A stretch of DNA of 63,180 nucleotides, counting the filler, from Rhabdomonas costata (Eukaryota): the NCBI GenBank assembly GCA_019059605.1. It is 53 parts of 53 records of this genome, joined end to end, with 100 filler letters (N's around TTAATTAATTAA, not from the genome) between each part and the next. Parts side by side here need not be neighbours in the genome. Positions count along the whole stretch, not along the records: positions 37,023 to 38,116 come from JAHMHO010028938.1; positions 38,217 to 39,310 come from JAHMHO010028939.1; positions 39,411 to 40,504 come from JAHMHO010028940.1; positions 40,605 to 41,698 come from JAHMHO010028941.1; positions 41,799 to 42,892 come from JAHMHO010028942.1; positions 42,993 to 44,086 come from JAHMHO010028943.1; positions 44,187 to 45,280 come from JAHMHO010028944.1; positions 45,381 to 46,474 come from JAHMHO010028945.1; 45 more parts are not named here. One strand, written 5' to 3'. Positions 37,545 to 51,346 of the stretch are shown piece after piece. The position numbers and the translations under genes were made by a program. The notes under the pieces were generated by a model. It did no database searches and was not told the DNA's origin. It worked only from the letters and a program-made list of their open reading frames with translations. How positions within the stretch are numbered: the first letter of the stretch is position 1; the number at the start of each line of letters is the position of its first letter.

Positions 37545-38759
37545 GCGTGTGTGCTGTATGTGAATTCGGAAGAGGGTGAGCTTGGTTCAGTGCGTTTATG
37601 CGTGAAGGATGTCCGATTCTGCGCTGAGCTGCGTGATGGGAACCCAGGTTTTTCCAATGGCTTGCCACCTGCTGGCATCTTTTAAAACGCTTTTTGTTTT
37701 TGTCTGCATTATGGTCACAGTTAACTTGTCAGGTTCCCGGCTGTGCCCTTAGGGATTTACCTATTGCATGAGACAGAGTTTATCTCATCATGGGTGGCCT
37801 GATGACTGCCTCCATGCTCATCGCTTTTAATCATATTCAGGCGCTTTTCCAAAACTCCCCAGAAGGATGGCAAGTGCGGATGCGAGGAGGAGATTCTGCG
37901 GCAATCCCAACCCTTTTGTTTGCAGATGGTGTGGCTACTGGAGATGGTACGGTTCATGGACTTGAACGTGTACAGCGAGGGACACATGGAGTCGCAGTGC
38001 GTGTCGTCTCTCTCCATTGATGTCTCTCTCTTCTGGAGCGGGTTTCTGAAAATCACTGTTTCTCGCTGAAAACCTGAAAACGTGCGTTTCCACGCACACT
38101 TCCGTCCCCACACAACNNNNNNNNNNNNNNNNNNNNNNNNNNNNNNNNNNNNNNNNNNNNTTAATTAATTAANNNNNNNNNNNNNNNNNNNNNNNNNNNN
38201 NNNNNNNNNNNNNNNNGTTTTGTGTGATCCACAGAAAATCTGGTAACTTGGTTTTGTGGTCAGTTATCCTGAATTGCGATAAGCCAATGCGCTCGTTGCA
38301 TTAGTGTTCTTTGGCTTCCCTAAGTTATGATTAGGGGTACGCTCCGCATCCGGGAAGATTGCCCACTTGCCTGGCAATTGAGACAAAGAGCGGTTGTACT
38401 GCATTGCAGAGTCCGGCCACAAAGGGGTGCGCACAAGACAAGGGCAATGTATTCATAACCGCACACGCCGCCACAGTCGCGGCAGCGGCCATGGCTTTGC
38501 CTGTGGGTGCGGAGGGACTGGGAACCCCCACGATGAAGCCTGAGAGCACAATTTGGCTCTCCCCAGGAACCCTGGGCAACAGCCTCTTGAGGGAACCGAC
38601 CCCCAACCCCTTCCCCACCGCCGGCGCCCACCGCCATGACCACTGCCCCATGGGCATAGGGGTGTGGGTCATGACCCATCCGTCTGTATGTCTGTGTGCG
38701 TGTGTGTCTGTGTGTCTGTGTGAAGGTGACGGGATGCCTTTGCCCGGTTAGTGCGAGAC

Positions 38760-38973
38760 CAGATCGGTGGGTTGGAGCTCCCACATCTCCGTGGCGGCGA
38801 TGGTGTGGTTGGTGTCGATGAGGTTGCGCAGGAGCTTCACCAGCCGGGTCAGGGCGTCCTTGCTCTCCGTGGAGAGCTCCAGGTCCACTACGGAGGGGAG
38901 CTCGTCCGAGGAGGGCACCTCGATGTTCAGGATGTCAAAGTCACACCCAGAAAGGACCAGGATGTCCAGCATC
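38760..38973 (-). CDS. Exon resembling the LKR/SDH (LOR/SDH) ACT-like linker domain
   Basis: MLDILVLSGCDFDILNIEV....PSVVDLELSTESKDALTRL resembles LDxIxxxGxxFxxxxxxxG...SxxxLxxxAxDxxxL; aag/gt boundaries. Confidence 0.4.
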
Positions 38974-41900
38974 CTTCCAAGGGGAGGGAGCATGGATGGC
39001 GAATGGAAAGAAAGAAGGAGAAGTCTCTGGTTTGGGGCTACCGCTACACACTACTCAACTCAACAGCCTACACCAGGCATGCCTGCATGTGTAATGGTCC
39101 TGACAGCGTCGGGAGTCGGAAGATGTGAGTGTTGTCCTGGAAGGAGCAAACAGCCGTGTAACCCTGTTGACTGGGAACATTTGAATAACAGCACACATAA
39201 AATAGAGAGACACAACGAAGAGGGGAATAGCAACAAAAGGTGTTATCACAATCTGACAAATGGGGTGCCAGCCCACTCTATCACTTCTGTGATGACAACA
39301 ACAACAACAANNNNNNNNNNNNNNNNNNNNNNNNNNNNNNNNNNNNNNNNNNNNTTAATTAATTAANNNNNNNNNNNNNNNNNNNNNNNNNNNNNNNNNN
39401 NNNNNNNNNNGTTTGTTGGGCACTGGAGGTACACAGAAAAGGAATGGTGAAGAGGTGGTGCAAACCGCGCTGCAGTTGCAGATATTAACAGAGGAAGGCA
39501 ATTGAACGTTTTGCAGGGGAAGTGCTCTCAGCAAGTAATGTGTTGCTCACACCGAAGGAAGAGGAAAGGCAGCTCCCAAAAGGTAAAGCAAAAAGATAGG
39601 GGACTCGTGTTGGAATCGTACTTTCCAGTCGTCATGGCAACCCTGTACGCTGGATGCGTGGGCATGTGGGTTAGACCCCTGCTGGACCTATCCCTGGTCC
39701 GACTGCTTCGCGCGGCACAAGTCCTGAAGCACGTCCTGCAGCCCAGACTGCACGCTGCCCTTCCTGGGCTTCTGCAGAGAGGTCCACCCGCGGCCCCCCT
39801 CTGGTCTGGTTCGGACTGGGACGGCCCCCATCAAGTGCTCCTCTCTGGGGGTTTCTTTGGCCGCTTCCAACCCAAAACTACGCCTCACACTCACGGCCAC
39901 ACCTTCCGTCCCCAAGATTGCGATGGAAATGAAATTAGTGGGCACTAGTGATGACTGAGGTAGCTTTGCTGCGTTTTGCTTTTAATGGGGGAAGGAAATA
40001 GAGTTTCGGATGAAGGCGATGCGGTTTTGTTTTGCAGGCCGGATTGTGCCTGTACTTGGCTTCGTGGCCAGCGTTCCGCCCGGTGCGTCCTCATCTGGGC
40101 TGCAGCAAGGCCTGGAGTTCCAGCTGCGTGCCATGCTACGCCGCAACCGTCTTACAGGTTCTTGGTGTTATTTGGTGAGGGCTGACGTCAGAGTAGAAAC
40201 GGGTGTGCCACCATATGCAATGCCCGTTCATCGGAGAAGCAGGGCTTTGGACGCGTCCCTCCCCAACACGAACACGCATGAGTCTGTGGCCGCCACAAGG
40301 TGGCACCCACTCGCGTCTTTGTTTGTCGTTGTGGTGGTCCGGTGGTCCGGCCGTCAGGTTTTTTTTCCTTTTCCCACACTCAGGCACTGAGACCGCCCGC
40401 AGCCCCTTATTCAGCCTCGACCCATCCCGGCTTGTCCTTCTTGTCTCGTGGCCACGGCGCCCCTCTGCTCCCACCCCCACTGCTCCACTCTCGTCCACCC
40501 ACAANNNNNNNNNNNNNNNNNNNNNNNNNNNNNNNNNNNNNNNNNNNNTTAATTAATTAANNNNNNNNNNNNNNNNNNNNNNNNNNNNNNNNNNNNNNNN
40601 NNNNAAGGCCACGGAGCGCGCTGGGACGTGCATCAAAGAGAGAAAGAGAGCCCTTGGTGAAAGATAAGCAGTGCTGGAGGGGGTATTGGTGGTGGCGATA
40701 GGATACTCCATGATGCTGCTTTGGAACGGAAGAACAGAGCGCTCGTGCGGAGATTAGTGGAAAATGAGAAAAATGCGCATTTCCATGTGTACCTGGCCAC
40801 TCGCTTGGTAGCGCGCGACCTTCTGCCTGTGACGCTCCAGCAAGGCCTGCAAACATTGCCGAAGGCTTCTCGGCTGCGAACAAAAAGAGCAGCAACAAAC
40901 GGTATTCGTCATAAAGACGCATATATATGAGACTGGGGTCTGGGATGCGGTAACGAAGGCACTAACGTGGAAACAAGCACAGTGTACGTGTGCCACGAGA
41001 ACCCGCGTACACAACATAGAACCTTAAGAAGGCATCCAGACATCTGGGATGACTCAAACTCCTCCACACTCGTCCACAATCCATTTATTGGCTTCTTCAG
41101 TATTCTGAACCTTGAGCCCCTCTTCAAGAAATGGACACACACAAACTTGCAGCTGTCTCAGAGCATAGGCGACTTGAGAGCGAAGAGAGAAGGCAAGAGA
41201 AGGTGTGAAGGGTGAAGTGGGGATACGCCCATGCCTTGGGCGACTGGCCCTCTGAGTCGCTGCCGCTACCGCCGCTGTCGTCATCGCAAGGGAAGGACTC
41301 TGCCTCTGCCGGGTCCATCTGCAGTGCCTCGAAAAGGCTGCCCACCTCTCGCAAGGTCACAATCGCCGCCTCCGCCTTAGCATTGACAAACAGCACAGAG
41401 ACGGTCAAGAAAGAGGCAAAGCCCGTGGTTATCCCGTGCGACTTCGAGCGAGTAGCCATTGAAGCCCACGACGGAGTGAAAGGGAGAGAGTGAATGGTGA
41501 ACGAAGGCCAAGCGAGGGCAGCACACAAGAGGGTGGGGGATGGGTTGCATACCTTGCCTTTCCTCGTAGATCGCTGTAGCCTGCGCTCCTGGAGTCCGAG
41601 GATCTGGGCTAAAGCCTTTGCATTGCTGCTGATCTGAGGCACACAGAAAGTACAAGGGATCCCGAAAACACTCAGCCGCACTTTGGCTGCCCCCCCCCNN
41701 NNNNNNNNNNNNNNNNNNNNNNNNNNNNNNNNNNNNNNNNNNTTAATTAATTAANNNNNNNNNNNNNNNNNNNNNNNNNNNNNNNNNNNNNNNNNNNNTG
41801 TGGGGGGGGGTTCTTTGTGGGGGACTACAGCGTGAATGGGACCTTCGTAAATGGGGTACGTGTGCGCAAAGCTACGCTGAGGTTTGCACTGCTTTCGTAA

Positions 41901-44900
41901 TGTAGCGGTCGGCATTTCTCGCATCCATCGGTACATCAATCGACATTCAGCCCGTTGTTTGCAGGTTTGCACATTGTTTTGGGTTGTGCATAGATTAATG
42001 GTTCCACACCGGTCACTTCGTCGCTGCAGCCACCCTCACCAATCCCCCGATTGCCCGTTTCGATGTTTCTGGTCTTCGGCGTTTTGAGTGAAGCAATGGC
42101 CAGGGGTGAGCTTCTTGTATTGCTCTCTCGTTTTTCTGTAGCGTTATTTTTATGTGCGGATAAACAGTGTGAAGGTTATTTTTGCGCGAATGGACGGGTT
42201 TGTGATATTTCTTTTGTGCAAACTTCCATAATGTCATACGCTTTTTTTTTCTTTTTCTTTTCCGTGCTTTCCCATATTTCAGTGCTTTTGTAGGTTTTTT
42301 GTTGGTATGCGTTTTGCAGGCCCGGGGATATTCTTGGATTTGGTGCTGGAGGTGTTTGTGTGCGTGTGGCTTCTCTCTCTCTCTTTAGTGACACTGTTTG
42401 TGCTTCAAAAGATTCAGTGAAAGTTTTTCTTCATTCGCAGTTGTCATTGCCTGTCTGGAATGTTTCCCGGCTTCCTCTTTCCATCCCTCGCGATTACATA
42501 TTCCTGTGAGGTATCGGATTTGGTCCTCGCCGCGGTCATTTCCCTTGAGTGTATTTCAGTCGTGTTTGTTGTGTGCAGTAGTTGGAAACCGTTCTCTGTG
42601 GCTTTCCTCATTATCCGCCAACCTGCATCTCTGCAATATGACTTGGTAGGTGAGCCTTTATAGCGTATGGCCACCTTCCACCCTGGCACTTCGTGTATCA
42701 AAGGAGACATCAAGGTTGGGGAGGCAGCCCCTGGGGAGCTGCCCATTGCGTACAGCTTCTGCGACGCCACTGTCGGTGGGGTCGCGTCGAATGGCGAGGA
42801 GGATGTTGCAGGTGGCTTTGATATCGTGTGACTGGTTAAGGTCAATAAATTGACAGACGCACTGTGCACTATACGCCTTCATACCAACACAANNNNNNNN
42901 NNNNNNNNNNNNNNNNNNNNNNNNNNNNNNNNNNNNTTAATTAATTAANNNNNNNNNNNNNNNNNNNNNNNNNNNNNNNNNNNNNNNNNNNNATACGTGC
43001 AGGGGCCCTCTTCAGTGGGGTGGACATCCGCCATCACAACCTCTGCGATACGAGCGAAATGACGGTGAAGCACACAGGAAGAGGAAGAGGATGCCTTACG
43101 TCCCAAACCCCGAACAGCACGTAGCAGCTCTGTTCTACAGTTCATGGGTCCCACACTTTTCCTTCACAGCAGTGCCATTTGATGATTTCAGACACGAATG
43201 GTGGGAACGAACCCTTGAAAGTTTGGAAGGAAGGAAGGAAGGAAGGAAGGAAGAAGGCCTGCAATAACCAACCAATCATCGCATCCCTGGAAAGGCAGGC
43301 AGTCAACGCGACAGGGTTTACCTGACATGTAGACACTGCCTGAAGAAGCGTCCCACAGACCTGGGCCACTGAGGCGAACGTCGAAGGAGTCGTACCCGAA
43401 TTGCTGCAGCACGACCTGCTCAGTACGGGAGCTGAGGGAAAACTTCCGCGCGCCACCCTCACCCCCGCAGCCGCGGAGGTCTGTCCGGCGAAGAAGCAGG
43501 CTCCCTGTGCAGCTTTGGTTATGGTAGCAGAGCCTTGCGGAGATTCCAAGATGCACGCTGAGCTCGGAGGGATCACATATGGGCTGCGAGTCGAGGCTCC
43601 TTTCCTCATGCGTCCTGAGGAAAAATGCACACACAAAACGCGCCCACCCCCATGACCTACTTTGTGTCTTTGACCAAGGCGACTTTTTTATGGGGAACAC
43701 TCCTGTTTCTCTTAATCCCCGGGCTCCCCACCCTGGGGTATGGACCCTTCGGGCCTCACCTTTCGGTCACTTCTGCGCCATTGTTGCCTCACGTTACTTT
43801 CCCTGCCTCACAGGGTTGGTGTCCCCTTCTGGACCTAACGACCGATCACAGGGCCTTGGGAACCTCGATTGGAGCGTTTGGAGTACTCTTCATGGGTGCG
43901 CCCAACCCTCCGGGCTCGTACAACCCGGTTGGCTGCGGGTCTTCCTTACGGCCTTGCGCAAGCCTGGGCCAACCCCTGACACACACAGGTCCTGAGGAAA
44001 CACTCGAACACGCACACATCGCCCCACGGCATTTTAAACCCATGTTCGACCGAAAGACATTTCTGCCCTCAGCGACCACCCACACANNNNNNNNNNNNNN
44101 NNNNNNNNNNNNNNNNNNNNNNNNNNNNNNTTAATTAATTAANNNNNNNNNNNNNNNNNNNNNNNNNNNNNNNNNNNNNNNNNNNNCCGCAGACTATTGC
44201 CCTGTATATCTTCCTTCCCGCTTGAGTACCGATCACCGATTACCAATTCAGAAGGTGGCGGTTGCTGTGAATTAATACTGTGCTTCGATCACTCGTCGAT
44301 TGTTCATCAACATGAACCTCACGCCCGACACACGGTGCGTAGGATACCCATCGGCAGCGGGGAGCACGGTGGGCGGGGGCGAGGTCACGCCCGGCGGGAT
44401 GTACTGCGCCTGCAGGGGAGGAGCGGAGGACAGCGGGGTTGTGGTGAAGGCCAGGGACCCAGCGGGGTAAGGATACAGCCCAGTTGTGCTGCGGAAAAAA
44501 AGCGACAATGCAACGACGCAGCAATAAAGATGGATCGATGCATCAAGGGATCAGCGCCAAAGTTGATCCATTCTTTAACCAATTTCGAGGATTTATTTTT
44601 CACAAAATTAATCGGTAATCAACGTATTCCAGAACAGCAGTGATTAACTATCGCGGGTAAAGTGTCCCGAGGTCATCGACATGTGAAAGCGTGCGTCGAC
44701 TAACAATCCTCAACATAGATGTACGACAGAACACCTCTCTCTCTCAAGCCCAAACCGGAGAGCGAAAGCAGAAGCCTAAGTCTCGAACGGACCGGAGAAG
44801 AAGATATGTTCAAAGTTCAACGCAACTCTGGTAATCTGTCCTTCTTTCTACACTCTCTGTCCTTCAAATTCAAAGCATGTTCATCCTCCTCGATTCTCCA

Positions 44901-45387
44901 TCCATTTGAAAGGCGAAATGCGGATCCCTGGGCACCCCAGAGAGATCAACGCAGCGACACGGGACATGAGCATAGCCAGCAAGCTGAGCCTCTTTTAATG
45001 GAATCCAGGGAGATCAGCACCCCTATCTCGAATGAGATTTTCCTTGCGGCCTGCAAAAAGGGCGGAACAACGCCCGTTTCTTTTTTTGTGTGCGTGGAAG
45101 AAGGGCGGACCTGGCGGAGGGCAATGCCGAGGGAAAGGCCGCAGGGGTGGGGATTGGCTGTGCTGGGGAGGCCGTGAAGGTGGAAAGAGGGGTCGTAGTG
45201 AACGCCAACGGGTGAGCCGTCGTCACGGCACTGCAGAAAAACATGCGTAGTTAGTGGCAATCACTTTCCCAAAACCCCCCNNNNNNNNNNNNNNNNNNNN
45301 NNNNNNNNNNNNNNNNNNNNNNNNTTAATTAATTAANNNNNNNNNNNNNNNNNNNNNNNNNNNNNNNNNNNNNNNNNNNNGGGTTGG

Positions 45388-45704
45388 CTTGCTAGCTGTA
45401 TCTGCATGCCTATGCACCGTATAACCGGTCATGCTATGAAAATAGTCGTTCCTCCCTTGGCCACTCTCTCTCAAATCCTCAGCCCTTCTCCTTCCATTAA
45501 GGATGGGGTTCTGGCGGTCTGCAAGCGCTCTTGCGAGGGCTATGCCAACATTTAAAGCAACATTGGCTGCAATGGACGCCCAAACAAAGCGTCATGAGAA
45601 GCTAACCCCGCTGGCTTGGCTAACCCCGCTGGCTTGGGAGGAACGACTATTTTCATAGCATGACCGGTTATACGGTGCATAGGCATGCAGATACAGCTAG
45701 CAAG
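45388..45704. repeat. 69-bp perfect inverted repeat pair (45388-45456 / 45636-45704) with an 18-bp tandem duplication (45601-45636) in the loop
   Basis: cttgctagctgtatctgcatgcc...gttcctccc versus its reverse complement; gctaaccccgctggcttg twice. Confidence 0.95.
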
Positions 45705-45739
45705 TCAGCCCACAAGCCAAACACACAGAAGGGGCCAAG

Positions 45740-45907
45740 GGGCGGACGAGGCCACGCTGCTGGCCGCGGCGAAGGCCTCGGTGGAGGCCAAGATGGTGTG
45801 GGAGAACTACTCCTTCGAGGACCGCGCCGCGGTGTTCCTGAAGGCCGCCGACCTGCTCTCCACGAAGTACCGCGCGGAGCTCTGCGCGGCAGTGATGCTG
45901 GGCCAGG
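45740..45907 (+). CDS. ALDH4A1: Delta-1-pyrroline-5-carboxylate dehydrogenase exon
   Basis: W....FEDRAAVFLKAADLLSTKYRAELCAAVMLGQG is characteristic of eukaryotic P5CDH; donor G|gtactg; 5' boundary approximate. Confidence 0.92.
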
Positions 45908-47132
45908 GTACTGCTGCCTTCGTATTTGGCTTTGCGACTTTCCTTTCCTTTCACCCTTTCACTGAAGGAATGAGAGTGAAGTAGGAGAGGACAGGACAGG
46001 GACTTTTAAAAGCCTTATCTGAGCACAAAAGCAGTGCGGAAGTGCTCTGACCATTTCATTCAAGCCAAAGCGTGAAAAAAAGGGTATAGGATGCGGACCT
46101 GCCCGCGTTACAGCTCGTACATTATCTGCTGGTTCCACGCTGGGATCGTGTTCGCAATGCTCTGGCCCGACTGGAAGAACCAGCTTCGAGGCGGTAGAAC
46201 ACGCTGGATCATGAGATAAAAGCATCCCCCTGGTCAGCTTCGCGAACGGGTGCCAATCCATTCACACAAACAGTGTGTGCGCGCGCTTATGCCGATCAGA
46301 TCTTGAGCCCCTGGCGAGTTTGGGGATTGACAAGAGGTTCTATGACTTTCTCTTTCCTCTCCTTTGCCAGAAATGCTTGGGTTGTTCCCAACACTGCTCG
46401 GGTTCTCACAAGTGGTCGCCATGATGAGAATAAAGGTGGCTTTGACTGGAGGCTTTTGTTTGGTACCAAAAAAANNNNNNNNNNNNNNNNNNNNNNNNNN
46501 NNNNNNNNNNNNNNNNNNTTAATTAATTAANNNNNNNNNNNNNNNNNNNNNNNNNNNNNNNNNNNNNNNNNNNNGGTGTGTTGGGTTGTGTGGTGAAAGA
46601 TAAACACCCTCAGAGTTCCCTATTTCGTTTTGTGAAGAGTATTTGAGAAATCGTGGTCGAACCCAAACAACAGCTGCACAAAGGATGCGGGAAGTCCGTT
46701 TGTCGGAGGAGGGTTTGTAATTGGGTTGACTTCTTTCTTTTTTGTGCCGTTTCTGGGTTTTGGGCGAGAAGTACAGGGGCGATGCTGTGAAAAAAGGGGG
46801 CATCTACACTGACTTTTGGTGGTTTCTGAGCATTGTTTATGGGGTATTGTGTGGTAGAGAAATGATGAGGGCGGATGTGCCATATACGCAATTTCGTTGG
46901 TAATTTGTGCACAAATCTTTGAGAGCTGAATCCTCATAATCGAGCTGGAGGGATTACCGGCCCTTTTTTCGCGTTGAGTAGGACTCTTTACAAGTCGAGC
47001 TATATCACTGCAACGGCCACAGTAATTAAGCGTCGAGGATGTCGCTTCAGACTGGATTCCGAGCAGCCCATCCAACCCACTCAGAGTCTGTCACTCGGCG
47101 GGGGGTGCACCCTCAGAACGCTCATCACATAC

Positions 47133-47435
47133 CGGGGCAGTAAACCTCTCGATCTCGTCCTTCCACTGCGGCATTGACGAAGTCGGGCACACCACCAGAG
47201 TGGCAGGGCACCACGGCCGGGCAGCGGGCCCGGCGTTGGATGCCGCCGAGCCCACCGCTGTCCCTACCCCTACGTCACCAGCACTGGCCCCAAGGGCACT
47301 GGCGCCACCACTGAGGGGGCTTAGGGGGTCACTGTCAGCCGAGAGGCCTCCAGGCAAGGCCTGGGGGGAGTCCGGGGCAGGCAAAGCCCCAACGGGGCCC
47401 TTGCAGCCACGGCACTCCACCATCAAACAGATCGT
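47133..47435 (-). CDS. SNF2-family ATPase N-terminal exon (RAD5/RAD16-like)
   Basis: Starts TICL (just after Walker A), has a low-complexity insert, then motif Ia ATLVVCPTSSMPQWKDEIERFT; ttcag/gtatgt boundaries, 303 nt. Confidence 0.85.
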
Positions 47436-49033
47436 CTGAATACTGACACACAGCAAAAAGTGAACCCAATGGAATTCAAGGCGTTGGTGAGGGGAGGGTG
47501 AGTACATTACCAGGGGGGCAACAGGTCAGAACTTCCGTTCAATAAAGCGCCTGCAAACAACCAGGATTCCCATCATTCACATCATGTACGTCGTTTCTTC
47601 AGCTCATGACGCAACTCCATTGAGGAATTCATCCATCCGACTACCTCAACCCCACCCCCCCCCCNNNNNNNNNNNNNNNNNNNNNNNNNNNNNNNNNNNN
47701 NNNNNNNNTTAATTAATTAANNNNNNNNNNNNNNNNNNNNNNNNNNNNNNNNNNNNNNNNNNNNGTGTTGGGTGTGGTTGGGGTTTGTGGTAGCCACGGA
47801 TGCCCGCGGGAGGTATCTTCCGAGCGCATGGTGCTGTACAGTACTCACCGCCATGCATTCCAGGTGCGGTTACCTCGAATGTGGACGAATCCACCTCTGT
47901 CCGCGAAAGTCAAACACGGGCCCAATACGTCGTCCTGGAGACTATTTCTTTGCTCTGGGGCTTCTGCCGCAGGAGAGAGTGTGCGCAAGGGCGCGGGGAC
48001 AGTAGACTGCGTCTGCATTTGTGTGTGTGTCTCGGACTCACTTACCCTTCTGACACCAACCCACATCTCTGCTTGGCGGCGCTGCTCATTTTCTCCTCGA
48101 CACCATCATTCGGGTACCAATACAAAACGTGGCGCGGTGGCTATGACAAGAGTTTTTGCTTTACAACGGCTGCTGCAAACCGCTGTAAAGGTCGACACAA
48201 ACCATTGCAGTGGCCAACAGCTAGCCACCACGCTACAGTCACAGCCACAATGCAATGTACTCATCACAGAATTGCATAAGACCCACCACCGTGTTGGTCA
48301 ACGGGGCCAATGCATCCCATTCCCCACTTTTCCACTTTGTTACTGTTGTTAACCAATCAAAACAAAAAAGACGACCTGCTCGCTGGTGGGCGGGCGGTTC
48401 AAGCTCTGGGACTCGACCACGGATCCCGCCCTACTGGATCAAACCCTGCAGCGCTTCGACGAGGTTTGTCTTGGTGAGGTTGAGGTTGACTGCTTGACAA
48501 TAAGTTCATGAAGATCTCCAACCTTCTCTCGTCTTAACCAAAAATAAGGGTCGTTTTTTGCTCTTCAGAAGCATCCAAGTCTATTTATACAGCAATCGCC
48601 GAAGTTCGGAAACGACCCCATGTAATACCAAAGAATGCCTAGATACCCCACGAACGGCCCCCAAGAGAGATAAGAGTGGCTGGTCGTATGACCCGCTATG
48701 CTCGCATACTCCCTAAATGTTCTAAATGTTGAACCCCCTACGATGCTACGCTACGTGAACCCCGATACCGAACCCGAAGCCGAACACAACATGAGAGCAG
48801 AATACAGCCATTGACACAAACCACCACAGAACCCAAGAACACGAAACCCTGAGACACGNNNNNNNNNNNNNNNNNNNNNNNNNNNNNNNNNNNNNNNNNN
48901 NNTTAATTAATTAANNNNNNNNNNNNNNNNNNNNNNNNNNNNNNNNNNNNNNNNNNNNGTGTGGTGGGGGTGTACCATCATTGTCTGGCTTGCCCGTAGT
49001 TTGTGCAGTGGTTTGTGTGTCCTTGCTTTAAAG

Positions 49034-49668
49034 GGATATCGGGGTATGTTGGGATGTGGATCTCCGTGCGGACTAACCTCCGGGTCGCCAGCGCGGCGGG
49101 CCGCAACCGCTACGACGAGGCGATTGCCGTTGCCCTGCGAGGTGGGTTCTTCCGCTCACACATTCACATGCCCGCCCAAGTTCGAAGTTCCAAGCATCTG
49201 TTCTCCTTTGGATCCAGACATTGTTTATTGCTTTCCTTCTTTTAAGCTTTGAAGTGAACGCGACCGATTTTAGAAACGGCCTTTTTTTTTTCGGAATGTC
49301 CCAAATTTCCTCTTTGTTATCATATATGTTCGTGTTTGGGGGGTGAGGATGGGGTGGGGAGACCAGAAGCCTCGAGAGCGAGACGACTGGTGCAGAATTC
49401 TCCCATCTTCATCTTCTTTCGTCCTGCTAGATGCGTGCATTCTTCGAAGAAACAACTCGGACTGAACGGGATTAAGGGTGTAGTGCTAGAACGGGGTTGC
49501 GGGGAGAGTCTGTGTCCCTTCTTTTCCACAAGGTGGTGCCTTCTGTGGGCTGCTGGTGGTGACGGTGTGCATCTTTGGCATCACCGCGCTGTTTGTGCTG
49601 TTCGAGCTAACCCTGCTGCCCAGCCCCGCGGGGGTGACCCGGATCCCTAACCTCTTGGTGGGCTACAG
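49034..49668 (+). CDS. Type II (AVP2-like) H+-translocating pyrophosphatase, exons 49034-49141 and 49533-49668
   Basis: GISGYVGMWISVRTNLRVASAA...ALR-G-GAFCGLLVV...IPNLLVGY parallels AVP2 GIAGYVGMWVSVRANVRV...LPLLLVGY; phase-1 GT-AG intron. Confidence 0.9.
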
Positions 49669-49965
49669 GTTGGGTGCACACACACTCTCACTCAAAAGGA
49701 CGTTCGGTGGTGATGTACTGGCACCGGAACGCCTGCAGATACCGGTGCTGCCCGTTTACCCATCCGAAGAAAAGCTCCAAGGGTCGTTCCCACGAGAAAA
49801 GGCCCCAGCCCCCCAAGGAAGGAGTGTGGAGTCGCAGGTACCTGCAGGTAGCCGTTGGAAAAGAGCAGCTGCGTGACAATGGCCCGGGACCCGTGGGGCT
49901 GAAGGGAGGTGACCAGATGACGTTGGACGTCTAACACCGTTAGACGGACACACCACACACACGTA

Positions 49966-50048
49966 GAACGTTCGGCGGTGAGCCGGTTCCGGTTCCCCAC
50001 GGCTCCGTTCGCTCCAACGGCACCTCTCGCGAGCACCCGTGGCCAACA
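49966..50048 (-). repeat. Dispersed hairpin-rich repeat family, copy C (downstream of the last H+-PPase exon seen)
   Basis: Reverse complement reads tgttggccacgggtgctcgcgagaggtgccgttggagcgaacggagccgtggggaaccggaaccggctcaccgccgaacgttc. Confidence 0.9.
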
Positions 50049-51346
50049 ACAANNNNNNNNNNNNNNNNNNNNNNNNNNNNNNNNNNNNNNNNNNNNTTAA
50101 TTAATTAANNNNNNNNNNNNNNNNNNNNNNNNNNNNNNNNNNNNNNNNNNNNGGGGTTGGGGGTGGTGCTGCAGCAGGCGTGGGCCCAGCAGGCCCAGCG
50201 CGCTCAGCTGTGGTCATTCCTGCTGGAGCTGCAAAAGACCGCACTGGAGGTTGGTGCATGTTGAACTGGAAGCAGGAACACTTCATTTGGATCGAGGCGT
50301 GGTCGACGTAACGTAATATGTCTCATGATCGCACTCTAACCGGGCCGGAGATGGGGTAGCAGATTTTATGTGGACCTCATAACTTGAACTTGGATCGTCC
50401 CGTGGGCTTCATATTGTCCGCGTCACTTGAGAAGGTCACCACAGCAGTTTTCAGCACATGTGAAATTAAACGAGTTATGTATTTCGGACTTATATATGGT
50501 TTGCCATGTTTTGCAAATACTCACTTTATCTTCAATGGTAATCAAAGTCTCAAACGTTTTTCTTGTTTGTTGAATCACTGCCATTCCTGCTTATTGAGCT
50601 TTGAACTTCTTTGACCTTTTTTGAGACAGCGCGTTCCATATTTATTTGGTGCGAAGTTATTATATCTTTGACTGAGTCGGTTAAGGTTCGGGCGCAAGCA
50701 CACGAACGCGCATCTACACGTACACGCACACACTCTCTCATAATCATCGCACTCACAGCGAGCGGAGGAGGTAAACATGGTGGTGGTGGACAAGCAGAGG
50801 AGGGCGGCCATGCTGGCCTTCGCCACTGAGCTGGAGGGGTTGTACCACCTCTCCTCTAGCACCTCTGCCCTTTACCCCTTCATCTGGAATACTCCTTGTG
50901 CTCCTTGCTTCTGTGTGCGTTCATTGCATTGCATCGGCAGCGCCTGAAATGGGAGAAGGCGAAAAGGCGAGGGGTGCTTTGCTGGTACATTTCACGGTGT
51001 TTCTCGATGCAAGGGAGTCCTCTTGAGCTTTGGGCATGCAGCCCGATGATGTGGAGTATGAATGCGGCAGTGTAGTATCCAATATCCGTTTTAGGGCCCT
51101 GTCCTGTCCTGTCCCCCTTTTCCTTCCCAAAAAAGAAACGCAAGCTGTCCACCCCACCTTGGAAGGAGTTTCGTCATCGATGTGCATCGCACCGCCATGC
51201 CTACGTTCTTTTCTCTGCCTCACTCACTTTCTGTCAGTCACCAAAANNNNNNNNNNNNNNNNNNNNNNNNNNNNNNNNNNNNNNNNNNNNTTAATTAATT
51301 AANNNNNNNNNNNNNNNNNNNNNNNNNNNNNNNNNNNNNNNNNNNN

